From Minisyncoccia bacterium (GTDB lineage: Bacteria > Patescibacteriota > Minisyncoccia > Phycocordibacterales > UBA9973): a DNA stretch of 64,000 bases. The notes under the pieces were generated by a model that did not search any database, was not told the origin of the DNA, and saw only the letters and a program-made list of their open reading frames with translations. This document shows, piece by piece, positions 47,189 to 56,560 of this stretch; position 1 is the first letter of the stretch; every line of letters starts with the position of its first letter. Both the position numbers and the translations under genes were made by a program. The stretch spans positions 927 to 64,926 of the forward strand of contig JBBRWS010000006.1 of assembly GCA_038249055.1 (NCBI GenBank), in the 5' to 3' direction.

Positions 47189-47393
47189 GGTAATTTTATT
47201 ATAACAAGAAATTATTCTTTAGCATAAATCTTAGTTTCAGAATCTATGTAGAATTGTTATAATAACACCATATGGATCCCGTAAGAGATGTGCTCGTTAG
47301 AATTTTCGGGATAGTTTAAAATATTACATGGTTTACATTATTAAATAAAAATAATAAGATACGTCCCACCTTTGGGGGACTATCTCAAACGGG

Positions 47394-49943
47394 ATGGATA
47401 ATAAAATTGAGATATTGGAACTTAAAGGTCTTTCTGAATTGGAAGCGGATATTGTTTTAAAAAAGGATGGATTTAATGAATTACCTACTCAAAAAAAGAA
47501 GGGTGGTTTTTCTATTTTAATTAAAATACTTTCCGAGCCAATGCTTCTTTTACTCGTTTCGGCTGCAACAATTTATTTGTTTCTAGGTGAAATAAAAGAT
47601 GCATTATTACTTGTCTTTTCTGTGTTTATCGTTATAGGTATTACTTTTTACCAAGAAAGAAAAACAGAAAGAACTTTAGAGGCACTCCGAGAGTTATCTA
47701 GTCCCAGAGCTCTAGTTATCCGCGATGGTGTACATAAAAAAATTGCAGGGCGTAATGTTGTTGTGGGTGACATAGTAATAATACACGAGGGAGATAGAGT
47801 GCCTGCTGATGCAGTAGTCCTCTCTTGTGAAAATCTATCTATAGATGAATCTCTTTTAACTGGAGAATCAATGCCCGTAAGAAAAATAGAATGGGATAAA
47901 AAAATGGAAACAACCAGACCAGGAGGAGATGATTTACCGTTTATCTATTCTGGATCACTCGTAACTAGTGGACGTGGTGTTGCTCAAATAACTTCTACTG
48001 GTTTAAATACTGAGATTGGTCAAATTGGAAAAAGTTTGGAAAGTATTAAAGACGAAGATACTTTACTACACAAAGAGACAACTAAAATAGTTCGAGTTGT
48101 CGCTATTGTTGGAGTTATTCTCTGTGCTCTGGTTGTTGCATATTATTTCTTTGTTGAAGGAAGTATTGTAAATGGACTTTTAGCTGGATTAACTTTAAGT
48201 ATGGCTATTATTCCTGAAGAATTTCCTATTGTTCTTATTATCTTTTTAACTCTGGGTGCTTGGAGAATTTCTAAGAGAAATGTGCTTACACGAAGAGCTG
48301 CTGCTATAGAAACACTCGGAGCTGCCACTGTACTCTGTACAGACAAAACCGGAACTCTAACATTAAATAAAATGGAGTTGAGTGGGCTTTATGTAGACAA
48401 AACATTTTGTGAAATAAATAATTCTACAAAAAGTGAGCTACCTGAACAATTTAAAACTCTACTTGAATATGGGGTTCTGTCTAGTCAAAAAGATCTTTTT
48501 GACCCTATTGAAAAAGAATTAAATAGAGTTGGGACTCTGTTTCTTACAAATATAAAAAATAGAGATATTAATTGGTCTCTAGTAAAGGAATATCCACTAT
48601 CTAAACAACTACTTGCGATGTCTCATGCTTGGCAGTTAAAAGATAGTAAAGAAATTCTTCTCTCTTCAAAAGGAGCACCAGAAGCTATTTTAAAACTATG
48701 CCATATTGAGAACGACCAAAAAGCTGAAATATTATTGAGAGTAAAAGAAATGTCAGAAAAAGGATTGCGTGTCCTTGGAGTTGCTCGTGGAGTAGCAACA
48801 CTTGATAGTCTCCCTGAAAATCAGAGCGATTTAAATTTTGAATTTGTAGGATTACTTGGATTTATTGACCCAGCCCGCGAGACAGTTCCCCTCGCAGTTA
48901 AAGAAGTTTATGAGGCTGGAATGAGAGTGATAATGATTACTGGAGACTACCCAGGAACAGCTCAATTTATAGCAAAACAAATTGGTATTAAAAATACAGA
49001 TGAATATCTGACTGGAGAAGATTTAGAAAAAATTGACCCTCTTGATTTAAAAGAAAAAATAAAAACGGTAAATATTTTTGCGAGAGTTTTTCCTGAACAA
49101 AAATTATTAATTATAAATGCCTTAAAAGCTAATAATGAAATAGTGGCAATGACTGGGGATGGAGTAAATGATGCACCAGCACTAAAAACGGCGCACATAG
49201 GTGTGGCGATGGGCCAAAGAGGTACAGATGTAGCGCGTGAAGCATCATCACTTGTTTTACTTGATGATGATTTTTCTTCAATAGTTACTGCTGTTCGACT
49301 AGGAAGAAGAATTTATGACAACATAAAAAGAGCGATGGGATATTTGATAGCTGTCCATGTTCCTATTGCAGGAATGTCTTTACTGCCACTTATTTTCAAT
49401 CTACCAATAGTACTATTCCCTGCTCATATTGCATTCATGGAATTTATAATAGACCCAGCTTGTTCAACAGTCTTTGAAGCTGAAGATGAAGATGCGGATA
49501 TTATGAAAAGAAAACCTAGAAATCTGCACCAATCTATGTTTAATTATAAAACTGTAATGGTTAGCTTACTTCAAGGATTTGGTATTTTACTCGTAACATT
49601 TGCTATATATTACTTTGTTATTAAAAATGGAAGAAGCGAACTTGAAGCCCGCTCTTTTGCTTTTTCATCACTAGTATTATCTAACTTATTACTTATTGCT
49701 ATTAATCTATCTTGGAAACATAGTATTATTAAAATAATTACTTCTGGTAATAAAATATTGTATGCTGTATTTATTGGTACAATACTAAGTCTTATGGCTG
49801 TAATATATATTCCTTTTATGGCTGACCTATTTCATATGGCACCACTTTACTTGAATGACTTTGTGCTAATAATTTCAGCAGTTTGTATAAGTTTAATGTG
49901 GTTTGAGGTATTAAAATTTTTTAATATTAAATTATTACGATAA
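47394..49943 (+). CDS. P2-type cation-transporting P-type ATPase (Ca2+/Mg2+-like)
   Basis: DKTGTLT phosphorylation motif, TGES actuator motif (LTGESMPV), PEEFP in M4, GDGVNDAPAL hinge. 849 aa with 10 TMs. Confidence 0.9.
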   Translation: MDNKIEILELKGLSELEADIVLKKDGFNELPTQKKKGGFSILIKILSEPMLLLLVSAATIYLFLGEIKDALLLVFSVFIVIGITFYQERKTERTLEALRELSSPRALVIRDGVHKKIAGRNVVVGDIVIIHEGDRVPADAVVLSCENLSIDESLLTGESMPVRKIEWDKKMETTRPGGDDLPFIYSGSLVTSGRGVAQITSTGLNTEIGQIGKSLESIKDEDTLLHKETTKIVRVVAIVGVILCALVVAYYFFVEGSIVNGLLAGLTLSMAIIPEEFPIVLIIFLTLGAWRISKRNVLTRRAAAIETLGAATVLCTDKTGTLTLNKMELSGLYVDKTFCEINNSTKSELPEQFKTLLEYGVLSSQKDLFDPIEKELNRVGTLFLTNIKNRDINWSLVKEYPLSKQLLAMSHAWQLKDSKEILLSSKGAPEAILKLCHIENDQKAEILLRVKEMSEKGLRVLGVARGVATLDSLPENQSDLNFEFVGLLGFIDPARETVPLAVKEVYEAGMRVIMITGDYPGTAQFIAKQIGIKNTDEYLTGEDLEKIDPLDLKEKIKTVNIFARVFPEQKLLIINALKANNEIVAMTGDGVNDAPALKTAHIGVAMGQRGTDVAREASSLVLLDDDFSSIVTAVRLGRRIYDNIKRAMGYLIAVHVPIAGMSLLPLIFNLPIVLFPAHIAFMEFIIDPACSTVFEAEDEDADIMKRKPRNLHQSMFNYKTVMVSLLQGFGILLVTFAIYYFVIKNGRSELEARSFAFSSLVLSNLLLIAINLSWKHSIIKIITSGNKILYAVFIGTILSLMAVIYIPFMADLFHMAPLYLNDFVLIISAVCISLMWFEVLKFFNIKLLR

Positions 49944-49982
49944 TAATATTGTCTTTTATCATTAAAAACATATAATAAAACT

Positions 49983-50918
49983 ATGAATGAAAAATATATA
50001 CAACCAGTAGAGAAAAAACCCAGTATTTTAGATAGTATTGAAAATCAAATAGCTCTAGCAAATAAACTTACAAATGTTTATGAAAATAGACCAGATATTG
50101 ATTCTTTTAAAGGTGCTATGGCTGGAACAAAATTTGAAAATGATTACTCCGAAGAAACAATTGAAAAAAATAAACTCTATGTAGAACAAACTAGGGCTAA
50201 GATAGATGAATCAAATAGTAATTTTGGTAAAGAAAGACTTGAACATCTCGAGGGTGGATTCCAACTTTCTGAAATACTTCAAGCAATGATTGTTGACCGT
50301 CTAAACAAACATTGGTTTAAAGATTGTCAGGCTATCATGACATCTGACTATGATGACCTCGCTTGCGGAATCGATGCGGTAATAAAACATGACAAAGGAG
50401 GATATCTCGGTATTGCTCTTGATTTTACTGTCACTAATCAAGATAAAAAAATATACGAGAAACTTCAAAAAGGTTGGGCGCAAAATACAGAAGAAGGTAA
50501 AATACCAACTGTTAAATATTTTGAAGATCCTGATACAAAAGAAAAAGGAAGATTGCTCGTTCCTAAGTTTATTATTGGTGGGACTAAAAAAGACGTAGAA
50601 GAACTTGCAAATGCATATCTCACAAACAATACTGAAGTACTTGAGAACCATCCATTTAAATATATGATGCTACTCCAAATCGAGGAACAGTTACAAACTG
50701 TACTTGACTACTATGAAGCAAATAGTGATGACCCTAAAATCCAATTTGCAAAAAAACAATATGAGAAAATTCAGACTATCTTAAGAAATATGAAAAATGA
50801 AATTCAGTCTGATAAAAAAATGCACGAAAATACAGACTTACATGAATACACAAAATCAAGCGTCGCACTTGATATGATGAGAAGATTTAGAATAATGAGA
50901 GAGAAGAATTCAAAGTAG
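49983..50918 (+). CDS. Hypothetical soluble protein
   Basis: 311 aa ORF with a terminator after it. No family recognised. Confidence 0.4.
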   Translation: MNEKYIQPVEKKPSILDSIENQIALANKLTNVYENRPDIDSFKGAMAGTKFENDYSEETIEKNKLYVEQTRAKIDESNSNFGKERLEHLEGGFQLSEILQAMIVDRLNKHWFKDCQAIMTSDYDDLACGIDAVIKHDKGGYLGIALDFTVTNQDKKIYEKLQKGWAQNTEEGKIPTVKYFEDPDTKEKGRLLVPKFIIGGTKKDVEELANAYLTNNTEVLENHPFKYMMLLQIEEQLQTVLDYYEANSDDPKIQFAKKQYEKIQTILRNMKNEIQSDKKMHENTDLHEYTKSSVALDMMRRFRIMREKNSK

Positions 50919-50928
50919 TAAATTTAAT

Positions 50929-50962
50929 ATAAAAAACCTCCGCATCAAGGAGGTTTTTTATA
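50929..50962. terminator. Rho-independent terminator
   Basis: aaaaaacctccgcatcaaggaggtttttta. Confidence 0.8.
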
Positions 50963-51066
50963 TAATATCTGCCAAAATACACATTAATTTAAACAAATGA
51001 TATAATGTGCATATTATAAAAAGTCGTTAAAAATTTAATTTTATTAGAAAAAATCTAATTAATTCT

Positions 51067-52113
51067 ATGGATGAAAACAAGAGAGAAAGAAAGGTCATAA
51101 AAATATCAAAGAAAAAGTTTAAAACTTTTATTTGGATCATTATTTTGATTATTATACTCTGGGCAGTTAAATCAGTTGTATTTAATTCATTCGGAGTTGG
51201 AAGAATGACAGGTTCAAGTATAACACCTAGTGATGGCATAAGTGAAGATTATTATAACCCATCATCTCAAAATATGATGCCACCTGATTATTATGACCGA
51301 GGATACCAAAAACCATCTATTTCTGATACTAGAGAATTTTTAAAGACTAGTTATTCTGCATCAATAAAGACAAGGAACGTGAAGGATGTTATGCAAGATG
51401 TAACTAATATTGTTAAAGGAGCAGATGGTAGAATCGATAATTCTTATAGTTCCGAAAAAAGTGGACGTATTAGTTTTGTCGTAGCTAAAAGCAAATTTGA
51501 AGAATTTAAAAATCAAATAGAAAGTATAACTCACAAAAAACTTTATACAGAAACTATCTCATCTCAAAATCTACTCAGTCAAAAACAAGGGATAGAAGAG
51601 CAAACTGGAAATATAGTAAATACATTAACTAATTTACAAGATCAAAAGACAAGTCTAGAGACAAAACATATCCAAACAGTCACTGCTATAAACAAAGAAC
51701 TTACTAGAATTAAAGCTGAACTAGTAGCGGTTAGAGCAGTTATTGCCACAACTACAGAACCTTTAGTTTTAGATTCTTTTGTTAGCCAAGAAAATTCTTT
51801 AGTTAAACAAGAAAATACTCAAAAACAAAAATTGGTGATAGAAAATAATAGCTATATAGCTCAAAGCCAAAGTCTTGAAAATTCTATCAATGATGCTAAC
51901 AACGGCCTAATAAATGTAAATAATCAAGACAGCCAATTTACAGATACTATTGAAACTGTAAATGGAAGTGTTAGTGTTGATTGGATTAGCTTATGGGAAA
52001 TGGCAGATATATTCTCCCCTATTTCTCCATTTATTATCATAATAATCCTAGTAATAATAATTATTATGTATCTTAAACGTAGAGGAAGTATTCCACGAGT
52101 TGAATTCCAGTAA
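51067..52113 (+). CDS. Bitopic coiled-coil membrane protein (hypothetical)
   Basis: Basic N-terminus plus TM (FIWIIILIIILWAV), a long coiled-coil-like middle, and a C-terminal TM (FSPISPFIIIIILVIIIIMYL). Confidence 0.4.
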   Translation: MDENKRERKVIKISKKKFKTFIWIIILIIILWAVKSVVFNSFGVGRMTGSSITPSDGISEDYYNPSSQNMMPPDYYDRGYQKPSISDTREFLKTSYSASIKTRNVKDVMQDVTNIVKGADGRIDNSYSSEKSGRISFVVAKSKFEEFKNQIESITHKKLYTETISSQNLLSQKQGIEEQTGNIVNTLTNLQDQKTSLETKHIQTVTAINKELTRIKAELVAVRAVIATTTEPLVLDSFVSQENSLVKQENTQKQKLVIENNSYIAQSQSLENSINDANNGLINVNNQDSQFTDTIETVNGSVSVDWISLWEMADIFSPISPFIIIIILVIIIIMYLKRRGSIPRVEFQ

Positions 52114-52128
52114 AATTAAATAATTAAA

Positions 52129-52174
52129 ATAGAGGTTGGACGTCTACGATAGACGTCCAACCTCTATTTTTTTA
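52129..52174. terminator. Bidirectional terminator formed by a GAGGTTGGAC-family palindromic element
   Basis: atagaggttggacgtcta-cga-tagacgtccaacctctattttttt, between convergent genes. Confidence 0.8.
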
Positions 52175-52183
52175 ATTTAATAT

Positions 52184-53008
52184 TTATTTTTTTACAGAAG
52201 ACAAAGATACAATAAATTTAGTTCCTTTATCTTTACCTTCACTCTCCACTCTAATAGAACCACCCATTTTTTCTACGAGTTCTTTACATATTGAGATTCC
52301 AAATCCTGTACCTTTTTCTTTATTTGTTCCATCAGTACTAACTCCAGCATTTTCAAAAAGTTTTTTTATTTGATCATTGGTCATTCCAACTCCATTATCA
52401 TTAATAGATACTTCAACTTTATCATTAATTTTTTCAGCAGAAACAGAGACTTCCCCGCCTTCTTTGGTAAATTTAAGTGAATTAGAACAAAGATTTCTAA
52501 TTACAGTTTGTAGCATATTTGAATCTGCAAATATTTCCATATCATTTGGAACTTCATTTGTAAGTTTTATATTTTTTTGGTTAGCAATACTTTGCAAAGG
52601 TGAAATTGCATTATTCACTTGATCAGATAATTTTATTTCTAAAACTTCTATTTTCATACCATCCTGCTGAAGTCGACTCCAGATTAATAAATCTTCGAGT
52701 AATTTAAGGGTGGCTTCATTATCTTTTGAAAGTGACTCCAACATAATAGCTAATTCTGCTTTATTGATTGAGCCGTACTTTATATCTTCAAGTAAAAATT
52801 TGGTTACAACCGCCGCGTTCCCTATTGGATTAATTAAATCATGAGCTATTATACGAAACAATTTTGTCATATTTTCCGACTTATTTTTTAAAGCTTCATT
52901 TTCAGCTTCTAATTGTTCTACCTTAAGAGCCAAAGACCATTCCTGTTCAATAGGCATTACATTGGGCTTTTCTTCCTTTTTATTTAAATTTTCCATAATT
53001 ATATCCAA
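52184..53008 (-). CDS. Soluble sensor histidine kinase (HisKA + HATPase_c), no TM
   Basis: H box RIIAHDLINPIGN. N, G1 and G2 boxes are present (NLCSNSLKFT, NDNGVGM, GTGFGISICKELV). Confidence 0.8.
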   Translation of the reverse strand: MDIIMENLNKKEEKPNVMPIEQEWSLALKVEQLEAENEALKNKSENMTKLFRIIAHDLINPIGNAAVVTKFLLEDIKYGSINKAELAIMLESLSKDNEATLKLLEDLLIWSRLQQDGMKIEVLEIKLSDQVNNAISPLQSIANQKNIKLTNEVPNDMEIFADSNMLQTVIRNLCSNSLKFTKEGGEVSVSAEKINDKVEVSINDNGVGMTNDQIKKLFENAGVSTDGTNKEKGTGFGISICKELVEKMGGSIRVESEGKDKGTKFIVSLSSVKK

Positions 53009-53096
53009 AATTATACTCTGAACTATCTAGAGTGTCAAAATTAAAATAAACATACTGAACCTTTTGATTCATATTTAATATGTTATAATGCACAAA

Positions 53097-53219
53097 TGAA
53101 TCCCGTTAGAAGCCGCGGTCGCAGCAGATAATAGGAAATTTATAATCATTTATTTAAATTAATTTAGTGGTTCGTTGACTCATTAATATATAATGACCGC
53201 GACCTGCTTCTAACGGGAT
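53097..53219 (+). promoter_or_regulatory. Long-range inverted repeat in the 5' leader that pairs across the RBS/start codon of the TMEM175-like gene
   Basis: atcccgttagaagccgcggtcgcagcag at 53097-53124 versus gaccgcgacctgcttctaacgggatg at 53194-53219. The ATG lies at 53218. About 70 nt of AT-rich loop in between. Confidence 0.5.
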
Positions 53220-53868
53220 GAAACAATCAAGATTAGATCAATTATCAGACGGCATATTTGCTATTGTTATGACAATTTTAGTTTTCGAGATACGAGTACC
53301 AGAATTTAGTGGCATTATAAATGAGCAAACTCTTATTAATTCATTAGTTGCTTTATCTCCACTTCTAATAAGCTATCTTCTAAGCTTTTCTTTACTTTTT
53401 ACTTACTGGAGATCACACCACATAATAGCTTCAGTTCTAGCAAAAAATATTGACATTCAATTCACTAACTTAAGTGGAATTTTCTTGTTCCTAGTGGCTC
53501 TTGTACCATTCTCTTCTCATTTCCTAGGAAAATATTTATATTTGAGAACTTCAGTTATATTTTTTGCAATCAATATAATACTAATAGGTCTTTCCCTTTA
53601 TTTCATGAGACAATATGCAATAAAATCAGAAACAATTGAAAATACTCCATTTACCAAAAGAGAGAATGAACATGCCAATATGCATATATTATTTCCTGTT
53701 ATTTCGGCTATAATAGCTATCGCTGTGGCATTTTATAGTACTAAAATTGCAATCCTATTATTTACTGTAGCAATTTTATTTAACCTTTCTAAAAACGGAA
53801 CAAAATATATGTTTTACTTTATTGATATGTTTATAACAAAAGTTCCAGATACTGAGCTTATAAAATAA
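53218..53868 (+). CDS. TMEM175/DUF1211-family putative potassium channel
   Basis: N-terminal RLDQLSDGIFAIVMTILVFEIRVP matches the RxxxFSDGVFAIAxTLLVL signature. 6 TMs. Confidence 0.6.
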   Translation: MKQSRLDQLSDGIFAIVMTILVFEIRVPEFSGIINEQTLINSLVALSPLLISYLLSFSLLFTYWRSHHIIASVLAKNIDIQFTNLSGIFLFLVALVPFSSHFLGKYLYLRTSVIFFAINIILIGLSLYFMRQYAIKSETIENTPFTKRENEHANMHILFPVISAIIAIAVAFYSTKIAILLFTVAILFNLSKNGTKYMFYFIDMFITKVPDTELIK

Positions 53869-53885
53869 AATAAAAATTTATAATT

Positions 53886-53922
53886 AAAAAAAATGAGCAT
53901 TTCAGGATGCTCATTTTTTTTA
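53886..53922. terminator. Rho-independent terminator (bidirectional)
   Basis: aaaaaaatgagcatttcaggatgctcatttttttt. Confidence 0.8.
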
Positions 53923-54927
53923 TTATTTTCTTTCTCTTGCGAGCTTTATTATATGCTCTATAAATTCTGGCATGGTAGAACCAACCGCACTAAGTGCTTT
54001 AGGCATTAGAGATTCACTGGTGAGACCAGGCAAAGTATTTACTTCAAGAGCATAGATACCTCTATTTGGATGAATAATAAAATCACTTCTAGAATAATGA
54101 CTAAGGTCAAGACCGGAATGTATCAGTGCGGCTAAACGTTCAAGTTCTTTTTTTTCTTCTTCTGTAAAATTTCCAGGGCAAATTTCTTGAGATTGTCCAT
54201 TGTATTTTATATCATTATCAAAAAAAGTACTCGTCTTTGGAATACGTATTTCAATAGGAGGAAGAGTATAAACTTTTTTATTTCTAAAATTATCTATCAC
54301 TCCCACTGTTGCCTCTTTTCCATTTATAAATTCTTCAACTAGTACACTCACCTTTTCATTCACACCAACTTTAAAGGCATCAACCAAAGATTGAAAAGTT
54401 TTACAAACGAAAACACCCATAGATGAACCTCCCGTTAGAGGCTTTACAATCCAAGGCGGAGAAAACCTTCCCCAAACTTCCCGAGCCTTTTGTGTAGCAT
54501 ATTTATCTCGAGGTCCATCAAAATCTTCCTGATATGCAGAGAAAAGAATATGTCTAGGAGTTTTAATTCCAAGCTTTTCAAATTCTTGTTTAGCTAACAA
54601 TTTATTATATCCAAGAGCGGAAGCAAAAGGACCTGAACCCGTATAAGGTATTCCCCACTGTTCAAGTTCTTGTTGAACCTTTCCATCTTCACCATAATCT
54701 CCATGAAGTGCATTTACAATAACATCAACTTTGTTAACAATTTTATCTAAATTTGTTGGAATACCATTGATATGCCAAACACCGCCTCGGTCAATAAAAA
54801 TATCAACGGGAGTATATCTATTATTCATTTTATCACCTCTTAAATGAGAAAGGACTTGAGCTCCGCTAGCTAATGAAACATCATGCTCCCCACTTATTCC
54901 TCCACGAATAACTCCAACTTTAATCAT
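53923..54927 (-). CDS. ddl: D-alanine--D-alanine ligase
   Basis: The start is placed at MIKVGVIRGGISGEHDVSLASG, the canonical Ddl N-terminus. The track's longer ORF (to 55041) runs through the palindromic element and was rejected. ATP-grasp motifs are present downstream. Confidence 0.85.
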   Translation of the reverse strand: MIKVGVIRGGISGEHDVSLASGAQVLSHLRGDKMNNRYTPVDIFIDRGGVWHINGIPTNLDKIVNKVDVIVNALHGDYGEDGKVQQELEQWGIPYTGSGPFASALGYNKLLAKQEFEKLGIKTPRHILFSAYQEDFDGPRDKYATQKAREVWGRFSPPWIVKPLTGGSSMGVFVCKTFQSLVDAFKVGVNEKVSVLVEEFINGKEATVGVIDNFRNKKVYTLPPIEIRIPKTSTFFDNDIKYNGQSQEICPGNFTEEEKKELERLAALIHSGLDLSHYSRSDFIIHPNRGIYALEVNTLPGLTSESLMPKALSAVGSTMPEFIEHIIKLARERK

Positions 54928-55027
54928 GAGTTTATTATAACAAATAAAATTGTAATATGTAAAAAAAATTAAGTTTTCAAATATCAAACATCTGAAAAAA
55001 ATAAAAATGAGGCTTAAAATAGTATCT

Positions 55028-55120
55028 TGGTAGAGGTCCAACCTCTACCAAAAAAATACCCATATAAATAAGGATATAATAAATTAAAAAACTCAAAAAG
55101 GTAGAGGTCCAACCTCTACC
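55028..55120. repeat. Two identical 21-bp palindromes ggtagaggtccaacctctacc about 71 bp apart
   Basis: At 55029-55049 and 55100-55120, between the ddl start and the uvrC stop. Same sequence family as 26452-26542. Confidence 0.85.
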
Positions 55121-55124
55121 TAAA

Positions 55125-56507
55125 TTAGGTGAGGAAATTTTTATTTCTCTTTAGTTTATGAAAGGCAATAGCAAACCTATGAGATTCAGTATTTATTAAA
55201 AGAATTTCTTTTTTATATTTCTTAATAATTAACTCATCCCCCATTATTGCTTTCGCTTTGTGTTTATCGTCTTTAACAACCGACACAACTGGAATTTTAA
55301 ATTGATATCGATTTAAAACTGATTTAGCTATATTAATTTGAGCTACCCCTCCATCCATAACTATTAAATTTGGAAGTCCCCACTCTGTATGACGCAAGCG
55401 GCGCGATAAAACTTCTTCGAGTGCACCAGTATCATTTGATTTAGTTTGAGTTCTAATTATAAACTTTTTATATTCACTTTTATTTAATTCACCATTTTCA
55501 ATTACGGTCATAACTCCAACCATATTAGAACCAGATAAATGTGCTATATCGTAAGCTTCAATTCTGAAGAGAGCCTTAGAGGTACAACATCCGGAGCCAG
55601 CTTGATGTTGGACCTCTCGGCGAGGAGATCCCTGCCCGACTACGTCATTCGGGCGGGCGAAGACCTTTTGAAAAGGATTTTCATGCATAATATCATCTTT
55701 AATTAAAGCAACATCATTTATATGCTCAAGTGCAAAAATTCTTTTCTTTATTTCATCAGCCTTTTCAAATTCTTTCTTTTTTGCAAAAGACATCATCTCT
55801 TTTTTAAAATTTGAAATAATTATCTTCTTTTTTCCTTCAAAAAATAATTTGAGATTTCTTATATTTTTCTTATATCCAAGCAACATATCAGAAAAATCTT
55901 TTTCGAAATAGCCCGCCCGAGCTTCAGGGGTACAACCTCCGAAGCCATTTGAGGTTGGACCTCTACGGCTCGGGCATTCAATTAAAGGAACAAGACCTAG
56001 CTGTCTATAAAATTCTTTGTTATTTTTTTTACTTGATTGTTCATCAATAAAAGGGAAAATTCTTCTTACAATTTTCATTGCATCTCTCAATTGCATTCCG
56101 TTTGGAAAGGGACCATAAACCACATCATAATTTTCTTTATTCAAATTTCTACCTCGAAGAACCAAAACCTTTGGCAATAAATCTTTAGTAATACAAACAT
56201 AGTTAAAACTTTTATTATCTTTTTCTTTAGTATTATATTTAGGTAAATATTTCTTAATTAAATTTGCTTCTAATATCAGTGCCTCCAAGACACTGTCTGT
56301 TTCTTTCCATTTAATAGAAGTTGCTTGAGTTACCATATCGAGCAATAATGGTCCCCGAGTTGCTATTAGATCATTCCCAAAATAACTCTTTACTCTATCA
56401 GAGAGATTTGTCGCTTTACCTATATAAAGTATATCTTTCCCTTTATAAAAGAAATATACACCTGGTTTTTTGGGTAATTTTATTTTTTTAAATTGTTGAC
56501 TATTCAC
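55125..56507 (-). CDS. uvrC: Excinuclease ABC subunit C (short form lacking the C-terminal HhH region), carrying two in-frame palindromic-element insertions
   Basis: GIY-YIG N-terminus (LPKKPGVYFFYKGKDILYIGKATNLSDRVKSYF). UVR domain (FEKADEIKKRIFALEH). RIEAYDIAHLSGSNMVGVMTV...EYKKFII (the RIEcfDiSH block). C-terminal endonuclease domain LIVMDGGVAQ. 460 aa. Confidence 0.85.
   Translation of the reverse strand: MNSQQFKKIKLPKKPGVYFFYKGKDILYIGKATNLSDRVKSYFGNDLIATRGPLLLDMVTQATSIKWKETDSVLEALILEANLIKKYLPKYNTKEKDNKSFNYVCITKDLLPKVLVLRGRNLNKENYDVVYGPFPNGMQLRDAMKIVRRIFPFIDEQSSKKNNKEFYRQLGLVPLIECPSRRGPTSNGFGGCTPEARAGYFEKDFSDMLLGYKKNIRNLKLFFEGKKKIIISNFKKEMMSFAKKKEFEKADEIKKRIFALEHINDVALIKDDIMHENPFQKVFARPNDVVGQGSPRREVQHQAGSGCCTSKALFRIEAYDIAHLSGSNMVGVMTVIENGELNKSEYKKFIIRTQTKSNDTGALEEVLSRRLRHTEWGLPNLIVMDGGVAQINIAKSVLNRYQFKIPVVSVVKDDKHKAKAIMGDELIIKKYKKEILLINTESHRFAIAFHKLKRNKNFLT
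55576..55665. mobile_element. GC-rich nested palindromic element inserted in frame in uvrC (copy 1)
   Basis: ttagaggtacaacatccggagccagcttgatgttggacctctcggcgaggagatccctgcccgactacgtcattcgggcgggcgaag. It encodes the odd G/P/R/Q/C-rich peptide VVGQGSPRREVQHQAGSGCCTSKALF between the UVR domain and the RIEAYD block. Confidence 0.75.
55911..55978. mobile_element. GC-rich nested palindromic element inserted in frame in uvrC (copy 2)
   Basis: gcccgcccgagc-ttcag-gggtacaacctccgaagccatttgaggttggacctc-tacg-gctcgggc. It encodes ECPSRRGPTSNGFGGCTPEARAG. Confidence 0.75.
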
Positions 56508-56560
56508 GTTAATTATATTATATTAAATCTTAAATTCGCACAAATTAAAAACTAAAAAAA

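Noticed and set aside
54928-55041. N-terminal 38-aa extension of ddl in the track ORF
   Set aside because: The extension runs through the ggtagaggtccaacctctacc palindrome. The canonical Ddl N-terminus MIKVGVIRGG begins at the internal ATG (54925-54927).
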